From: Takakia lepidozioides
Taxonomy: Eukaryota; Plantae; Bryophyta
DNA length: 64,000 bases
Assembly: GCA_030704615.1 (NCBI GenBank)
Contig: CM060734.1
Span: 26,660,001 to 26,724,000 of the forward strand
Direction: 5' to 3'
This document shows positions 13,393 to 25,110 of the stretch, piece after piece. The notes under the pieces are model-generated. The model did not search any database and had not been told where the DNA came from. It saw nothing but the letters and a program-made list of their open reading frames with translations. A program made the position numbers and the translations under genes. Position 1 is the stretch's first letter. The number at the start of each line of letters is the position of its first letter.

Positions 13393-14959
13393 GTCTGCAG
13401 TCGGACTCAGTGCTGGAGCTATGCCAGGTAGCAATTATTTAGTGAATGAATTACCCCTCAGAAAGGGGAGTGAAAGAAGTACAGTGAGGCATGGCACCAA
13501 GATGCAGAGCTTTGTAAGAGTGCTGCCAGGTGGCAACACTGGTTGATCAGTTCACAAGGAATTGAGATTGACCGGTTTCCTGGTACAGGTGCTAAAGAGT
13601 TCGATCAGGTGTGACCTTCGGTCATTGTTGAAAGGTACTGTTTTCTGCACCCATCGGCAGCCCACTGGGATGGGGACATAATCCCTGCCAGCGTAGGGTC
13701 ACCAGCGGACTAGCTTGTTTCTGGTTTCTTAAACCAATGAAGCATGGTCTCCAAAATGGGAAAGGCCACGCGGAGGGAGGGCCAACAAGTGCAGGGGTAT
13801 TATGCTCCAGCTTTGGTCGTTTGTTCAATCCGGAGGTTCCATAGTTGTTCAAATAAGTGTGTAGACAATGCCATTCTTGGGATTGTGACTTGATTGCTGA
13901 ATTTTGACCTCGAACGACCCTGATCAATTTATTTCTCAAGTCTTCGAGTCATTTGTAAAGACCACCAGGGTTGACTGCTGACACTAGGTATGTTTCTGCA
14001 GGGCCCCTGTCTCAGTTGCATGTATATTGAGATCATTTTCATTGACCAATTGTGCAATTTTTATCTTGAATAAGGCAACAACTTGTGATGGATGCTCAGG
14101 ACTTCCATGTGCACTGGCTATCTTTGAAGCTGTGGATTTGTCAGTGGCAGTTATGTGAACATTTTCTTTGTTATTCTGCCTGACTCGCTACCCAGTGAAA
14201 CACCTTGTCTTCAGGACCAGCTTCATCTAGAAGATGATGCCCGGTGTAAGGAGGTAAGCTGGTATCTGTACATGGATATCTTCTACCCCTCATCCCTCAT
14301 ACTTCGAATCCAAGCTGGACACTTGACTCATATAATGCACCACTAAGGCATGAGTAAGGTAGATGACCCAATTCAGACCACATTGTAAAACGGACTCCTA
14401 TAAATGTGCATGAAACAAATAGTCGCAGGACCTAGAACAGTCCATCCACAAGAGATCAAGTAGTGGCCAAAAAGTACATAGTGAGGAAGCACCTGGTCCC
14501 ATGAGTACAGTCCATTCTTGCTATAGCAATTAGCCAAATCTATCGCATTAAGGCACATTTGCACACCTAAACTGTTACAATAAGAAAGTAATTGGTTCAA
14601 TTTCATAAGCAGAATCATTAATTACGACCCATGCTCGCGGCTCATGTTCCCCTTACACTACAAACGACATTCACGTAAGTAAATGATCCTAGTCATAGTG
14701 AAACTTTCAACTACTTTGTCCAAAAATAATGAGAATTCAAATTAAGGTTATCTATGCAATGCTAACATGGAGTTGCAGTGTACTTGCATGCAGTAGAGCC
14801 CCTCTGCACGTTTTCTGGGGCCACAAGTGTACACGAAGACAGGGAAAGAAAGACATATGAAAAACTTAAATACAAGAAGAAAACTAGCATGCAAGGTGGA
14901 AAGGTATTGAAAGTGCTTACAAAACTGGGTAAGTGTTTGTAGGTGATACTCCCGGTTTA

Positions 14960-15060
14960 CGTCCCCCCCAAGGCCGAGCCCCTTCATGCGCTCTGCATTC
15001 CGAATCACATTCCGCTATCGCATGAGCTCATACTCTGTGAGGACTTCTCCCTCAGTTGAT
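14960..15060 (-). pseudogene. Fragment with a YE..R..NI.RN...L..LGL-type helical motif, typical of transposon-derived or chromatin proteins
   Basis: Reads LTEYELMR*RNVIRNAERMKGLGL through one stop. Confidence 0.4.
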
Positions 15061-18000
15061 AACTGGCCGCTACCATGAACGACCTTCTGAGCTCCTTCCA
15101 CTCCTCTGCTACTCATGAAGGCACAACCGCTATGAGGTGTGGTGGAGAGAGGCTTCATCTCACCCCAAGGAAACAAGCTATGGCACCCACGCCTGCTGCG
15201 TAGGAGGGACGTCCAGCGCATCCCCTACCCCCCACATAATCCTCTCTATTGTACATCACTTGTATTGTACTAGGTGTTTTTGTCTGGAGGGCCTTGATTT
15301 GTGTATGCAGGACTCGTGAGAATGTGGGGACAGCACAAGGTTTGGGCAGAAGGTTTGTGATGAGATGTTAGGTGTGGGTAGAAGGTTGCTGCAAATTCAA
15401 TGGCGCTATCATACATGTAACCTGCAGCTGAGAGGTGGGATGATAAAGCACCAATGGAGGATAAGTGATGGATTGACAGAGGTGCAAGGAAGGAGCCAGG
15501 TCACATGTGCAATGAGGTAGGCGTACAATGCAATGGTCCTCCATGTTGTTGTACAACAATCCGCAAATAAGGTAAGAAATGTCGAGCTTGCCTGTCCACA
15601 ATGAATTGGTATTCGTCATCATCATCATCTCTCTCTCCAACGTATGTTTCAATCCACATGGAATCGTAGGTAATATTGGGCTTGAAATTTGGCCATCTCG
15701 GATGATGGCACACCGCGTCATAGTTCCAGGGCTACCTCAGGAGTCAGAGCCCCGCCTTTACATTGTAATTTCTTTTTTTTGTCAAAGTACATAGTTGCAA
15801 GGCTCCCTTAAAGCCCTGCCTCTCCCTTTTAAATTTTCCTAAGGAGGTGGGCCTTACTCAAAGCTCTGCCTTTGTTCTATTATGTTCTGTTTCATGAATT
15901 TTCAATTCACATAGTTGCAGGGCTCCCTTAGAGCCCTACCTCTCCTTTGTATGTTTTCATACGTAGTCGTTATTTAGAGCTGTGCCATAGCAATGTGTGT
16001 TTTTTATTTTTTTCTTGTTTTTTTTTCTCACCTTGTAAAGTACCAAGTCATTTCACTTCGTTTGTTTTGGAGACCACCCTGACTTTGGAAAGATGAGAGG
16101 CCTTCTAACCCCCCTCTCTGAGAAATAAATGGCAGGATTGTATGTGGCCAATTGAGCCTCTGACAAGATCACTCAACTCACTGAGAACGCATATCTTTGC
16201 CGCTCAGGTTTGGTATGTATAAATTCTCTCTTTCCCTGCAAGACCCAGGTCAAACATTGCAATTGAATTCATGTTTATATGACCTAGAACTTCTAATGAC
16301 TTACCAATGAGGGGTCCATCTCTCTCCTTCCCTCCCTCCTTGTTGAACAGTGAACTACTGGTAGTACAGTCTCAACTGAAGGTAGAGGGCTCCCTCCTCT
16401 CTTGTGCGAAGTCAAAACCAGCCCTAAAATCAACAATCAATTCCATCTGAAATCATGTACAGCTTTGCTTGTAAGGAAAATATTATTCGCCTTTGAAATG
16501 CTCTTTGAAGGAGCCTTCCAGTTATGTTGAGTTTGAAAGCATTTGGACATTGCTGGATTAGTATAGTGATGGGGTGTGGTTCCTTGTGAGTGTGGCAGGC
16601 AGCTGATACACAGCCGGTGTTGGATTATGTCCGGTACTTCCTCAGTCAACACACGTGTCAAGATATTTTACCACTAGTGTGAAAGTAGCTAGGAAATAGT
16701 TAGTTTTGATAGATCGACATTTGGGATTGACCCAAGTGTCAATCCAGGGGCCAATATATGTTTGGGCACCTGGCATGGTTATCTTCACGGCAGATCGCGG
16801 TGGGCTCATCTTTCTCGAGTTGAGCCTCACTACATCTAGCTATGGCGTCGTAGTGTGGATTCCCCATGGCGTGGGGTGTACTTGGCTCGACTTAATATAT
16901 GAGTGATGTTTTCATGTGCAAGTGTGTGAGCTTGAGAGAGCTTGTGTACTTGTATCCTTCCTTCTTTATCACTCGAGAAAGATCAGCTCGAGTCTGTGAG
17001 TGCCAGGTTCGAGTTAGTTGTAGCACTTGTGTTTTCAGATCATGAAAAGCGGTTCAGCCTAGAGTGCAGGGATCCGTGCATGAGCCTATCCAAAGCGGAT
17101 AAGATGCGCAGGCGAACAGGTTGCAGGTTTGCAATGGATAGAGAGGCGGGCATGGTAGCCTATGGTGAAGAACGGCATTGCATAGCTCAACGCTATGGCA
17201 ACCGAGTTTGCTAGTGCGAAGCGGATGAGATGTTGGCTACGAGTGGACAAACTGGTGGTCGTCTTCTTCAGATGCAAGCCGAGTTGAGGAGCTGCAGAGA
17301 TGTGGGTTGCGTGTGGGATAGCCGTTCTGGCGTTGCAGATTGGAGATGATATGATCGGCTCCATGTATTTCTGGCCCGAAATCAGTTGTTGCGGGTAAAT
17401 GAGGAACAGCCGGACAGTGGAGCTGTGAGGATGCTAGATGCAAGTCACAGCTAGTGGGAGCTCCAACTTCAAGCTCATGAGGAGATATGAGTGAAGAGAG
17501 AGGGCTAGTTCTTCTTTTGTGCAAATCAATGCACTTGTGAAGCATGTGCTTGAGTTAGAAGTTTCAATCTGAAACTCTAGCACTAGGGCTCTTGGAGTGG
17601 CAAGAGCGGGGCTGGAAGGGCAGCAACGAGGCGCCCTAGAGCCAGGGGATATGCATGAGAAGTGCAGGTGCACCAAGTTTGTAAAGATGTGTATTTTCAT
17701 ATTCGTTTTGGGAGCTTCATGAAGAAATGGAGCTTTGTGGGCAGCATATGCTGGCTTGTTGAGTTTAGGGTGCCTCTGGTGGGCCGTGAGAGCCCAAGAG
17801 AGCATGGCAGCAGGTCTGATGGCTTTACTGAAGCCATAGCTCATCAACAGCAGGTGCAGGAGCAAACCCCAGCTCGGGGAGAGCTCGAGAACGCATGGGA
17901 ACTCGTGGGGAGTTCCAGGGAACGCAGTGAATAGTGGCCGTGGTCATGGCCGTGATGGGCCGTGGGGGGCGATCACGAGGGGATACCAACGAGCCCAGGC

Positions 18001-20704
18001 AGTGGGACCCGCTGACCGTGATCGTGGGAAGCCGTGGCGCGGACACCACGGGTAGGCACGGTGGACCAGATCGTGGGAATGGCAGGCCGTGAAGGCTCGT
18101 GGGCGTGGTACCACAGGGTATCACGGGGCAGCCCGTGCCATTGAGCGCCTAGGGTTGGGCCGTGAGGAGTCGTGGCGGTTAGAGCCACGGAAGGCTGCGA
18201 ACAGGCAGAGTGAAAAATAAAAATAAAAAAATTCACTCGTTTCGTGGGACCTGATGGGAAGGCTGGGCTCTGAAGAACAACGGTTTTGAGCTAGCTGATC
18301 CGGCAGAAAAGTGCCTCCCTGTTGCATTTTTACAAAGGGGGTTACCTCCCTGTAGGTAATCTTTTGGGGTTTTCAGTCCAGTTCTTAACTATGGGGGAGA
18401 CCAGCCTGCAGGTAATTCCTTTGGACAGAATGTTGTTTGGGGCCTATATGTACCTCTTTGCTCCATTTTTTAACTTCAGCGAATGGCGTGGTTTCCTGCG
18501 AGGTGGTTCCATTCTGAGGAATGGCTGGTGGACATAAGGAGCACTGGCGGACCTTGGAGGGGCTTGCATGGGGCCTTGGAGGCCAAGTTTTATAAGCTCA
18601 TGGAGGGCACTTTGAGGAGTGTCTACAGGATGCTCCCCGTGGTCATGCAAGTGAGAGAAGAGAGAAAAAATAGGGTGTTGGGATGAGAGCGTGCTGGGGA
18701 TAGGCATTGCTTTAGCTTCCCTTCCTCATAGCTTTCCACCTTCTCTGTAGGCTGAGACCTTTCCGTCGGTGGAAGCAAGAGTCAGTACGGGTTTGGGCTG
18801 GGTTGCAGGAGCGACACTGTGGAGAGATTTTTGGTGTGGGGGAGTTGTTGTTTTCATTCTTGTGTTTGGATCCCCTCCACACCTGCATGCTTGATTGTGC
18901 GCCATGCTAGTTTTGTGTGGGCGCTTGTTTTTATAGGTGGTTGACTCGGGCTTGATCGCCGATCCGACCCTAGAGCATGCTGTCGATGGTGAGGCTGAGT
19001 TGATGACCAGTCAGACCATCTTTGTTTCTCCTGTGGTGAGGTTGGAGGTGATGACCAGCCAACCATGGGAGTGTCTGCGGTGGATGCAGGTGCAGGTGCA
19101 GGCTATGTTCCAAACCATAAGCCGCATCAGGTTCTCTACCCGGTTACCTTGTGGAGAGGGGGGTTAGGGACATGTTCATGACCGGTTGAGTGTCAGTTGC
19201 AACACGGAGGTGCCACTAGTTGTGGGAAAGTGATGGTACGAGCACTAGCGATACTAGTGGGTACACGAGACGAGGTGTGCGGTTTAGGCCACCTTCACCT
19301 CTTGTGTCTTCTACGGAAGGTTCTGATTCAGATTGTGAATCAGGATGACTCACACCGGCGGTGCAAGTTGTTTCCTTGTCATTGTTGTGGGACACAATGG
19401 AGGAGATGTATGGAGCCACCAGGGTGCCACGTAGGTATTCTGGGGCGGTGGGCACCATCGAGTTGGACGATTTCATCCAAGAGCTTGATAGTTGGTGTGA
19501 CTTGCAGCAAATGCGCAATCCACAACTGTTTACGCCTTTTATGGCATGGAAGGGGCTGTTTTAGCACCTTGAGGGGCCGCCCAGGATGATTACCGTGAGT
19601 TTAGGCGGAGGCACAATGTTAAGATCGAGGAGTGGAGGATGTACTGGTCACCCGACTATGTCTCTATCACTAGAGGCACAATGGCAGCAGCCACACCGGC
19701 AGCTTCCACAAGCAGCAGTGGGACTAGTGGTACAGATGCTTAGACGTCCACCCAAGCTACTGTTGCACCAGCACCAGTGGCTGTGCCTGCCTTCAATCCT
19801 GTTGTGGAGCTCTTTGAAGAGTTGAGAACTACCAAGGGGTAAGGACAGAGAAGTTGAGGAGCTTGCAAGAGTTCCAGAAGAAGCCTACTGAGAGCTTGAG
19901 GGAGGCCTTTACTCGCATGAGGCGCTTGATTAATGTAACCAAGGGTTACGGGCTCAAGCAGTCCAATTCTGGTATGGGATATTTTGACAAGGAGCTGAGG
20001 AGAAGGGTGCGGGATGCAACTCTCCTACAAGCGCCAACCCACCTTAGCAAATGTGTTTTTGCTGGCAGAGCGGATAGAGCTCAACATGGTGGAGGAAACG
20101 AGTGGTCATGGTGGGATTTGCTAAGGAGGCACAACACGGGGTAGTGGTACTCTAGCCAGCCACTACCTCACGTGCTCAAGGCAACAAGGGGGCTCAGTTG
20201 AAGCCTAGGGAAGGACAGAGGACCTCAGATTTAGTGGGGGTCTCTCCCTTCATTTGCAGCCAACAACGGCGGATGTGTTGTGTTGGACATGTGGACCCCA
20301 TGTCAAGAAGGATTGCCCAGGGAGGCAATGGGTTGGCAACCGGCACACAGCCTGCACAGTTGCAGTGTGGGCATTGTGGCAAGTACGGGCATGGAAGACC
20401 CAGTGCTATGGTTTGCATCCTGAGTTGCGCCCAGGCCCAGTTCCAAGGAAACAATGGTGGCCGGGGCAAGGTGGAGCAGAGCCCAGAGAGGACGAGGTGG
20501 CTAGGCCACGAGGTGCAGGCCAAGGGCAAGCTCAACTGGCCAAGGATGTGGAGATCACGGTGGTGACCAAGGCATGGCCACCGCTTTAGCAGCTAGAGCA
20601 GAGGCTTGCTGCCATGGCACAGCTCAGGTGGTACCGGCTCCAAGGTCAGATGGTCCATCTCCTGCTCTTGAGGGAGGAGACATGGGAGGCATGGATTCTG
20701 TGCG

Positions 20705-20955
20705 GGGCAGCACTATGTCACTACCACTATGGGTAGGACACCACTACCACTAGTGAGGGGTGCCACTACCACTACCACTACCACTATATGCGGGCCACCA
20801 CTACCACTATATGCGGGCCACCACTACCACTAGTGAGGGGTGTCACTGCCACTATCACTATGGGGGGGGGGGGGGGGGGGGGGGGCATCACTACCACTAG
20901 TGCAAGGCAGCACTACCACCACCACTATGTCGGGGGCAGCACTACCACTAGTGCA
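20705..20955. repeat. CACTACCACTA-based repeat expansion with a poly-G run, in the gag-DNMT linker of copy 1
   Basis: Many CACTAC units; copy 2 has a single GCAGCACTACCACTAGTGCAGG at about 27374. Confidence 0.85.
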
Positions 20956-21239
20956 GGTGGAGTCTGCTGCTGCCGTGACTCGAGGAGCAGCATAAGTTCC
21001 TGAGCCACGAGGTGCAGAGGTGGAGTTGGATCCACAACGAGGGGAGGCAAGCCGTCAAGCCATGCGTCCTCAGTCATTCACATTGGCGGAGACAGTGTCA
21101 ACGCCATCCATGGCACCTAGTTCTCGCCCGACTGTTACCTAGGCGGAGGTTACTATGCCATTGGGGAGAGCTACACGGGCAGCACCACTACCTAGTGTTG
21201 CCAAGGCTACGGCAGCTAGTATGCTGCTGGGGGCGGCCC

Positions 21240-22070
21240 AGCAGTACCCTGAGTTGTTGCCAGTGTCTGCAGTTTGTGGATATCATCAGGCCTTGCCAAC
21301 AGACATTTCTTTGCTGGGGGTGCAGGATTTGGAGCGGGTTGGCTCCATTGATTTGGTAGTGGCAGGTTGGCCCTGCCAAAGGCATTCATCAGCCGGGCAT
21401 GGCAATGGATTGCGAGACTCGAGGTCGGGTTTGTTTTGGGAGACGGTGCGGGTTTTGCGCCACTTACAGCTTCATCAAGCTGTATCTCCAGCATACATCT
21501 TGGAGAATGTGCCACTGATGAGCAATTCTCAGGCCAGGGTGATGGCTAGTGTGCATCAAGTCCGGTCGTCGTGGCTTGGGTCAGCAGTGTTGCTGGATGC
21601 AACTGCAGTGGGGTCACGGGCTCATCATCCACGGCTATGGTGGACTAATTTGATGCCACCCGCACTACTCAAGCGTGCATTTGATGGGGTGCAGCGGCCA
21701 ACACACCTCACAGTGGATAGCATTTTGGACACAGGGAGGCAGTCTCAGCGTATGAGACACGATGACCGTTCGCCTTTGGCAGTGGTCAACAAGGTGGGTC
21801 AACCACGAGCAGCACTACCTACACTGCTCAGCTTCCAGGATCGCATGCTTTCCGGGATAGTGGACTTGGCCTCATGTGGGATGCTCAGTTGCAGCAGTTA
21901 GTGGAGCTTAATGTTGACGAGCGTGAGCGGGCGATAGTTTTTTCCACTGGGACCACGGCGGTGCCTTCTCTTTCTGAGGCATCACGTCGTCAGGTGTTGG
22001 GGCAAGCGATGGATCTCAATTGCTTGACATGGATTATCAGCTTGGCTATGGCTGAGCTACGTAGAGTGCG
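21240..22070 (+). pseudogene. C5 cytosine methyltransferase (DNMT3-like), copy 1: motifs IV-X present, motifs I-II deleted
   Basis: GWPCQ (Cys codon 21374-21376), SGLFWE, LENV, HPRLWWTNL, ERERAI.FSTGTT, RRQVLGQAMD; frameshift near 21840. Confidence 0.9.
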
Positions 22071-22381
22071 GAGTGCACTTCCCTTGATGGTCTCTCTGCC
22101 TACCGAGACGGTACAGGCAATGAGTGGGGGCGAGCCGGTGAGGATGAGGCCTCATTCTGCAGGATGAGGCCTTGTCATTGACAGAGCAGGCAGTGGTCAC
22201 TGCTCAAGAGGTTGTAGCATAGCAACCATGGGACGCGTCTCCTACCTCTAAGTCTGCTGGACTTAAGGTTGCAGTTACGGAGGACAATTGGGAGCCTGAC
22301 ATTGGACCCATTGTCACTGGAGGAGAGAGACGATGTATACGGCGGTTCCTGAGGGCTTACAGGAATTGCTTTGCCTTCAGT

Positions 22382-23849
22382 TTGAAGGACTTGGGAGTAC
22401 TTAAAGGTCAGGAAATTCGTATTGAGTTGGCCACGGACACGCCAATCTTTCGGAGACCCTATAGATACAGTGACATGGAGAGGTCTTTGATTCAAATGAG
22501 GACTCAAGATCTCTGGGAGGCTATTTTGGTGGAGCTCTCTGGTGGAGAATATGCTTCAGCCACGGTGATGCCAGCCAAGAAGGATGTCTATGGCAATTGG
22601 ACGGAGAGATGTATGTGCGGTGATTACCGGCCTGTAAACCGTCAGACCAAGTCCGATAAGTATGCCATGCCCACACCGGAGGAGATCTTTGATGCCATTG
22701 GGCATGCCAAGGTCTTTAGCACTTTGGACTTGCGGTCCGGATATCACCAGTTGCCGATCAAAGAGGCGGACAAGCAGAAGACGGCATTATGGGGGATCAA
22801 TGAGCACGGGAAGGATTGCCTATATCAGTGGCGGTTCTTACCATTCGGGCTTAAGAACGCTCCTGCAGAGTTCAAGAAAGTCATGGACAAGATTCTAGCA
22901 GGGGGGGACTTTGCTCGGTGCTACATAGATGACATCATCATCTTTAGTGCTACAGTGGAGGAGCACAAGAGACACCTTCAGGTGGTGTTTGAGCGCTTGA
23001 GGGCGCACGGATTGAAGTTGCATCCGGGGCAATGCAAGTTTTTCCACAACCAGATTGAGTATCTGGGTCACATGATATATCCTGGACAATTGGGGGTGCA
23101 ACAGACTAAGGTAGAGGCCATTGCACAACCCCATGGATGTGAGCCGAGTTCGAGCTGTCATGGGGTTGACAAACTACTATAGACGGTTTGTCAAGGGATT
23201 TAGTGCTATTGCAAAGGCTTTAACCAAGCTGACCAAGGTAGACCAGGAGTGGCAGTGGGAAGATGAGCAAGAGCGAACTTTTCAGGAGCTCAAGGCGAGG
23301 TTGACCTCGGCGCCCATCTTGAGACGACCTAACAGGAGGCGCCCCTTTCAGCTGCATATGGATTGGAGCATGCTGGGGGTTGGAGCGGTGCTCACACAGG
23401 TGGATGATGAGGGAAGAGAGTTCGTAGTGGCTTATGCTAGCCGCTCGAACAACGCTGCAGAGTCTCAGTATAGCTCATATGAGGGAGAGTGCTTAGTTGC
23501 AGTGTGGTGCTATCTATATGGCAATCTCTTCACCCTTGTCACGGATGACCAGCCACTCAAGTGGTTGATGGAGTCAGACAAGCTTACAGGGAAGCTTGCA
23601 CGGTGGGCATTTATACTCCAGGAGTATGACTTTCAGGTTGTGCATCGACCGGGTTTGGTCAATAGGGATGCGGATGGATTGAGTCGCAATCCATGCACGA
23701 GCCAACAGGATGACACTGGAGCTCGGTGGCATGGTGAGACAGACGAGGAGATGGTGCCGGGATGGCATGCATCTGCCTTTTTGTGTATCTTGGCATCGGG
23801 AGATCAGGTTGGAACCTACAACAGGGTTGATTGTAGATGGAGTGTCTGA
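22382..23849 (+). pseudogene. Gypsy reverse transcriptase and RNase H, copy 1
   Basis: ORFs 22382-23182 and 23121-23849 carry canonical RT (YIDD) and RNase H motifs. Confidence 0.93.
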
Positions 23850-23969
23850 GGACCCTGAGGCTAGTGATGAGCCAGGTGGTGCCAGCGATATACATGAGGA
23901 TACGGTTGTGTTGGACTACCTCCGCACTGGAGACATGGCAGCTAGTGTGACTGCCAAGGAGAGGGATCG

Positions 23970-24419
23970 TGTCGCGGCCCTTTGCCTTGAGGGCAGGGGG
24001 TCGGGACACATGAGGGGCTGCCCCTGTGGTGGGGGCAGCGGTAGCGGTAGGTATGGGGGGCTGAAGCACCCTTGAGTGCCCAAGGCACTCAAGGAGGCGG
24101 AGGCGCTCACTAGGTGGAGCCCCGCACACCGGGTTGCGGTGGGGGTGGCTCCACAAGGGGTGGTGGTAGCTTAGCGGGACTTAGTGGGGGTGGCATAGGA
24201 CTCACCATGGGGGCGGAGACCTCGTGGTGGGAGTCGTGGGGAGTCTTGGGACTCATCACGGTCCATAGGGGCCGTGGTGAGTGGGCCAAGACTCACCGCG
24301 ACTCATCACCGGGAGTCAAGGGTTTTCGTGGTGGTTCGCCATAAAATGGCATGGCTGGTTATGAAACCCCCGCGGACAGCTACAGAAGTATATATAGGGA
24401 GTAGTAACCCCGAGAACGG
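23970..24419 (+). repeat. Truncated 5' LTR of the Galadriel-like element, inserted in DNMT-Gypsy copy 1
   Basis: Begins TGTCGCGGCCC right after GATCG; near-identical to the reverse complement of about 3646-4095. Confidence 0.92.
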
Positions 24420-24534
24420 CAAGGCCATGGAATGTGCACCTAGGGTTTCAGAGCTTGGAAGAAGAGCTCTTGCACCACAAGAGGAGTGTCTTGTGGCTGG
24501 AAATGTAAGCCTTAGGGTTTCAGGAGCTTGGCAA

Positions 24535-25110
24535 GGGCTGTGATAGGCTGTGCCCTGTGGCCTGTGGGGCTGTGATGGGCTGTGAGGGGATGTGATGGGC
24601 TGTGATGGGCTGTGGCGGGCTGTGCCCTGTGGGCCTGACGGGCTGTGATGGGCTTTGACAGGCTGTGGTGGGCTGTGCCCTGTGGCCTGTGGGGCTGTGA
24701 CGGGCTGTGACACGCTGTGATGGGCTGTGAGGGGCTGTGACAGGCTCTGGGCTGTAACAGGTTGTGCTATGTGGCCTGTGGGGCTGATGACGGGCTGTGA
24801 GGGCTGTTTGCTTTTGGGGCTGTGACCCCCTGTGACCTGTGTAGGGCTGTGACAGGCTGTGCATGTGGCCTGTGGGGCTGTGACGGGCTGTGAGGGCCTG
24901 TGACAGGCTGTGTGGCGGGCTGGGACAGGCTGTGCCCTGTGGCCTAAGGGGCTATGGCCCTGTGATCTTTGTAGGGCTGTGACAGGCTGTGCCTGTGGCC
25001 TTTGGGGTTGTGGCTGTGACTGTGACCTGTGCTGTGACAGGCTGTGGCTTGTGGGGCTGTGACGGCTGTGACCAGTGAGCTGTGTGGGCCTGTGCTAGTC
25101 TGTGGTGGCC
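24535..25110. repeat. Degenerate GGGCTGTGAY minisatellite in the 5' leader of copy 2
   Basis: Dozens of GGCTGTG(A) units visible directly. Confidence 0.9.

Larger units (their letters stand above)
16656..23969 (+). mobile_element. DNMT-encoding Ty3/Gypsy element, copy 1 (5' LTR-like end, leader, gag, partial DNMT, RT, RNase H); interrupted at 23970
   Basis: Starts TGTCAAGATATTTTACC. Decayed gag with CCHC knuckles; IDLVVAGWPCQ and YILENV; RT LDLRSGYHQ, PFGLKNAP, CYIDD; RNase H HMDWS, YEGE, DADGLSR. Confidence 0.9.
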
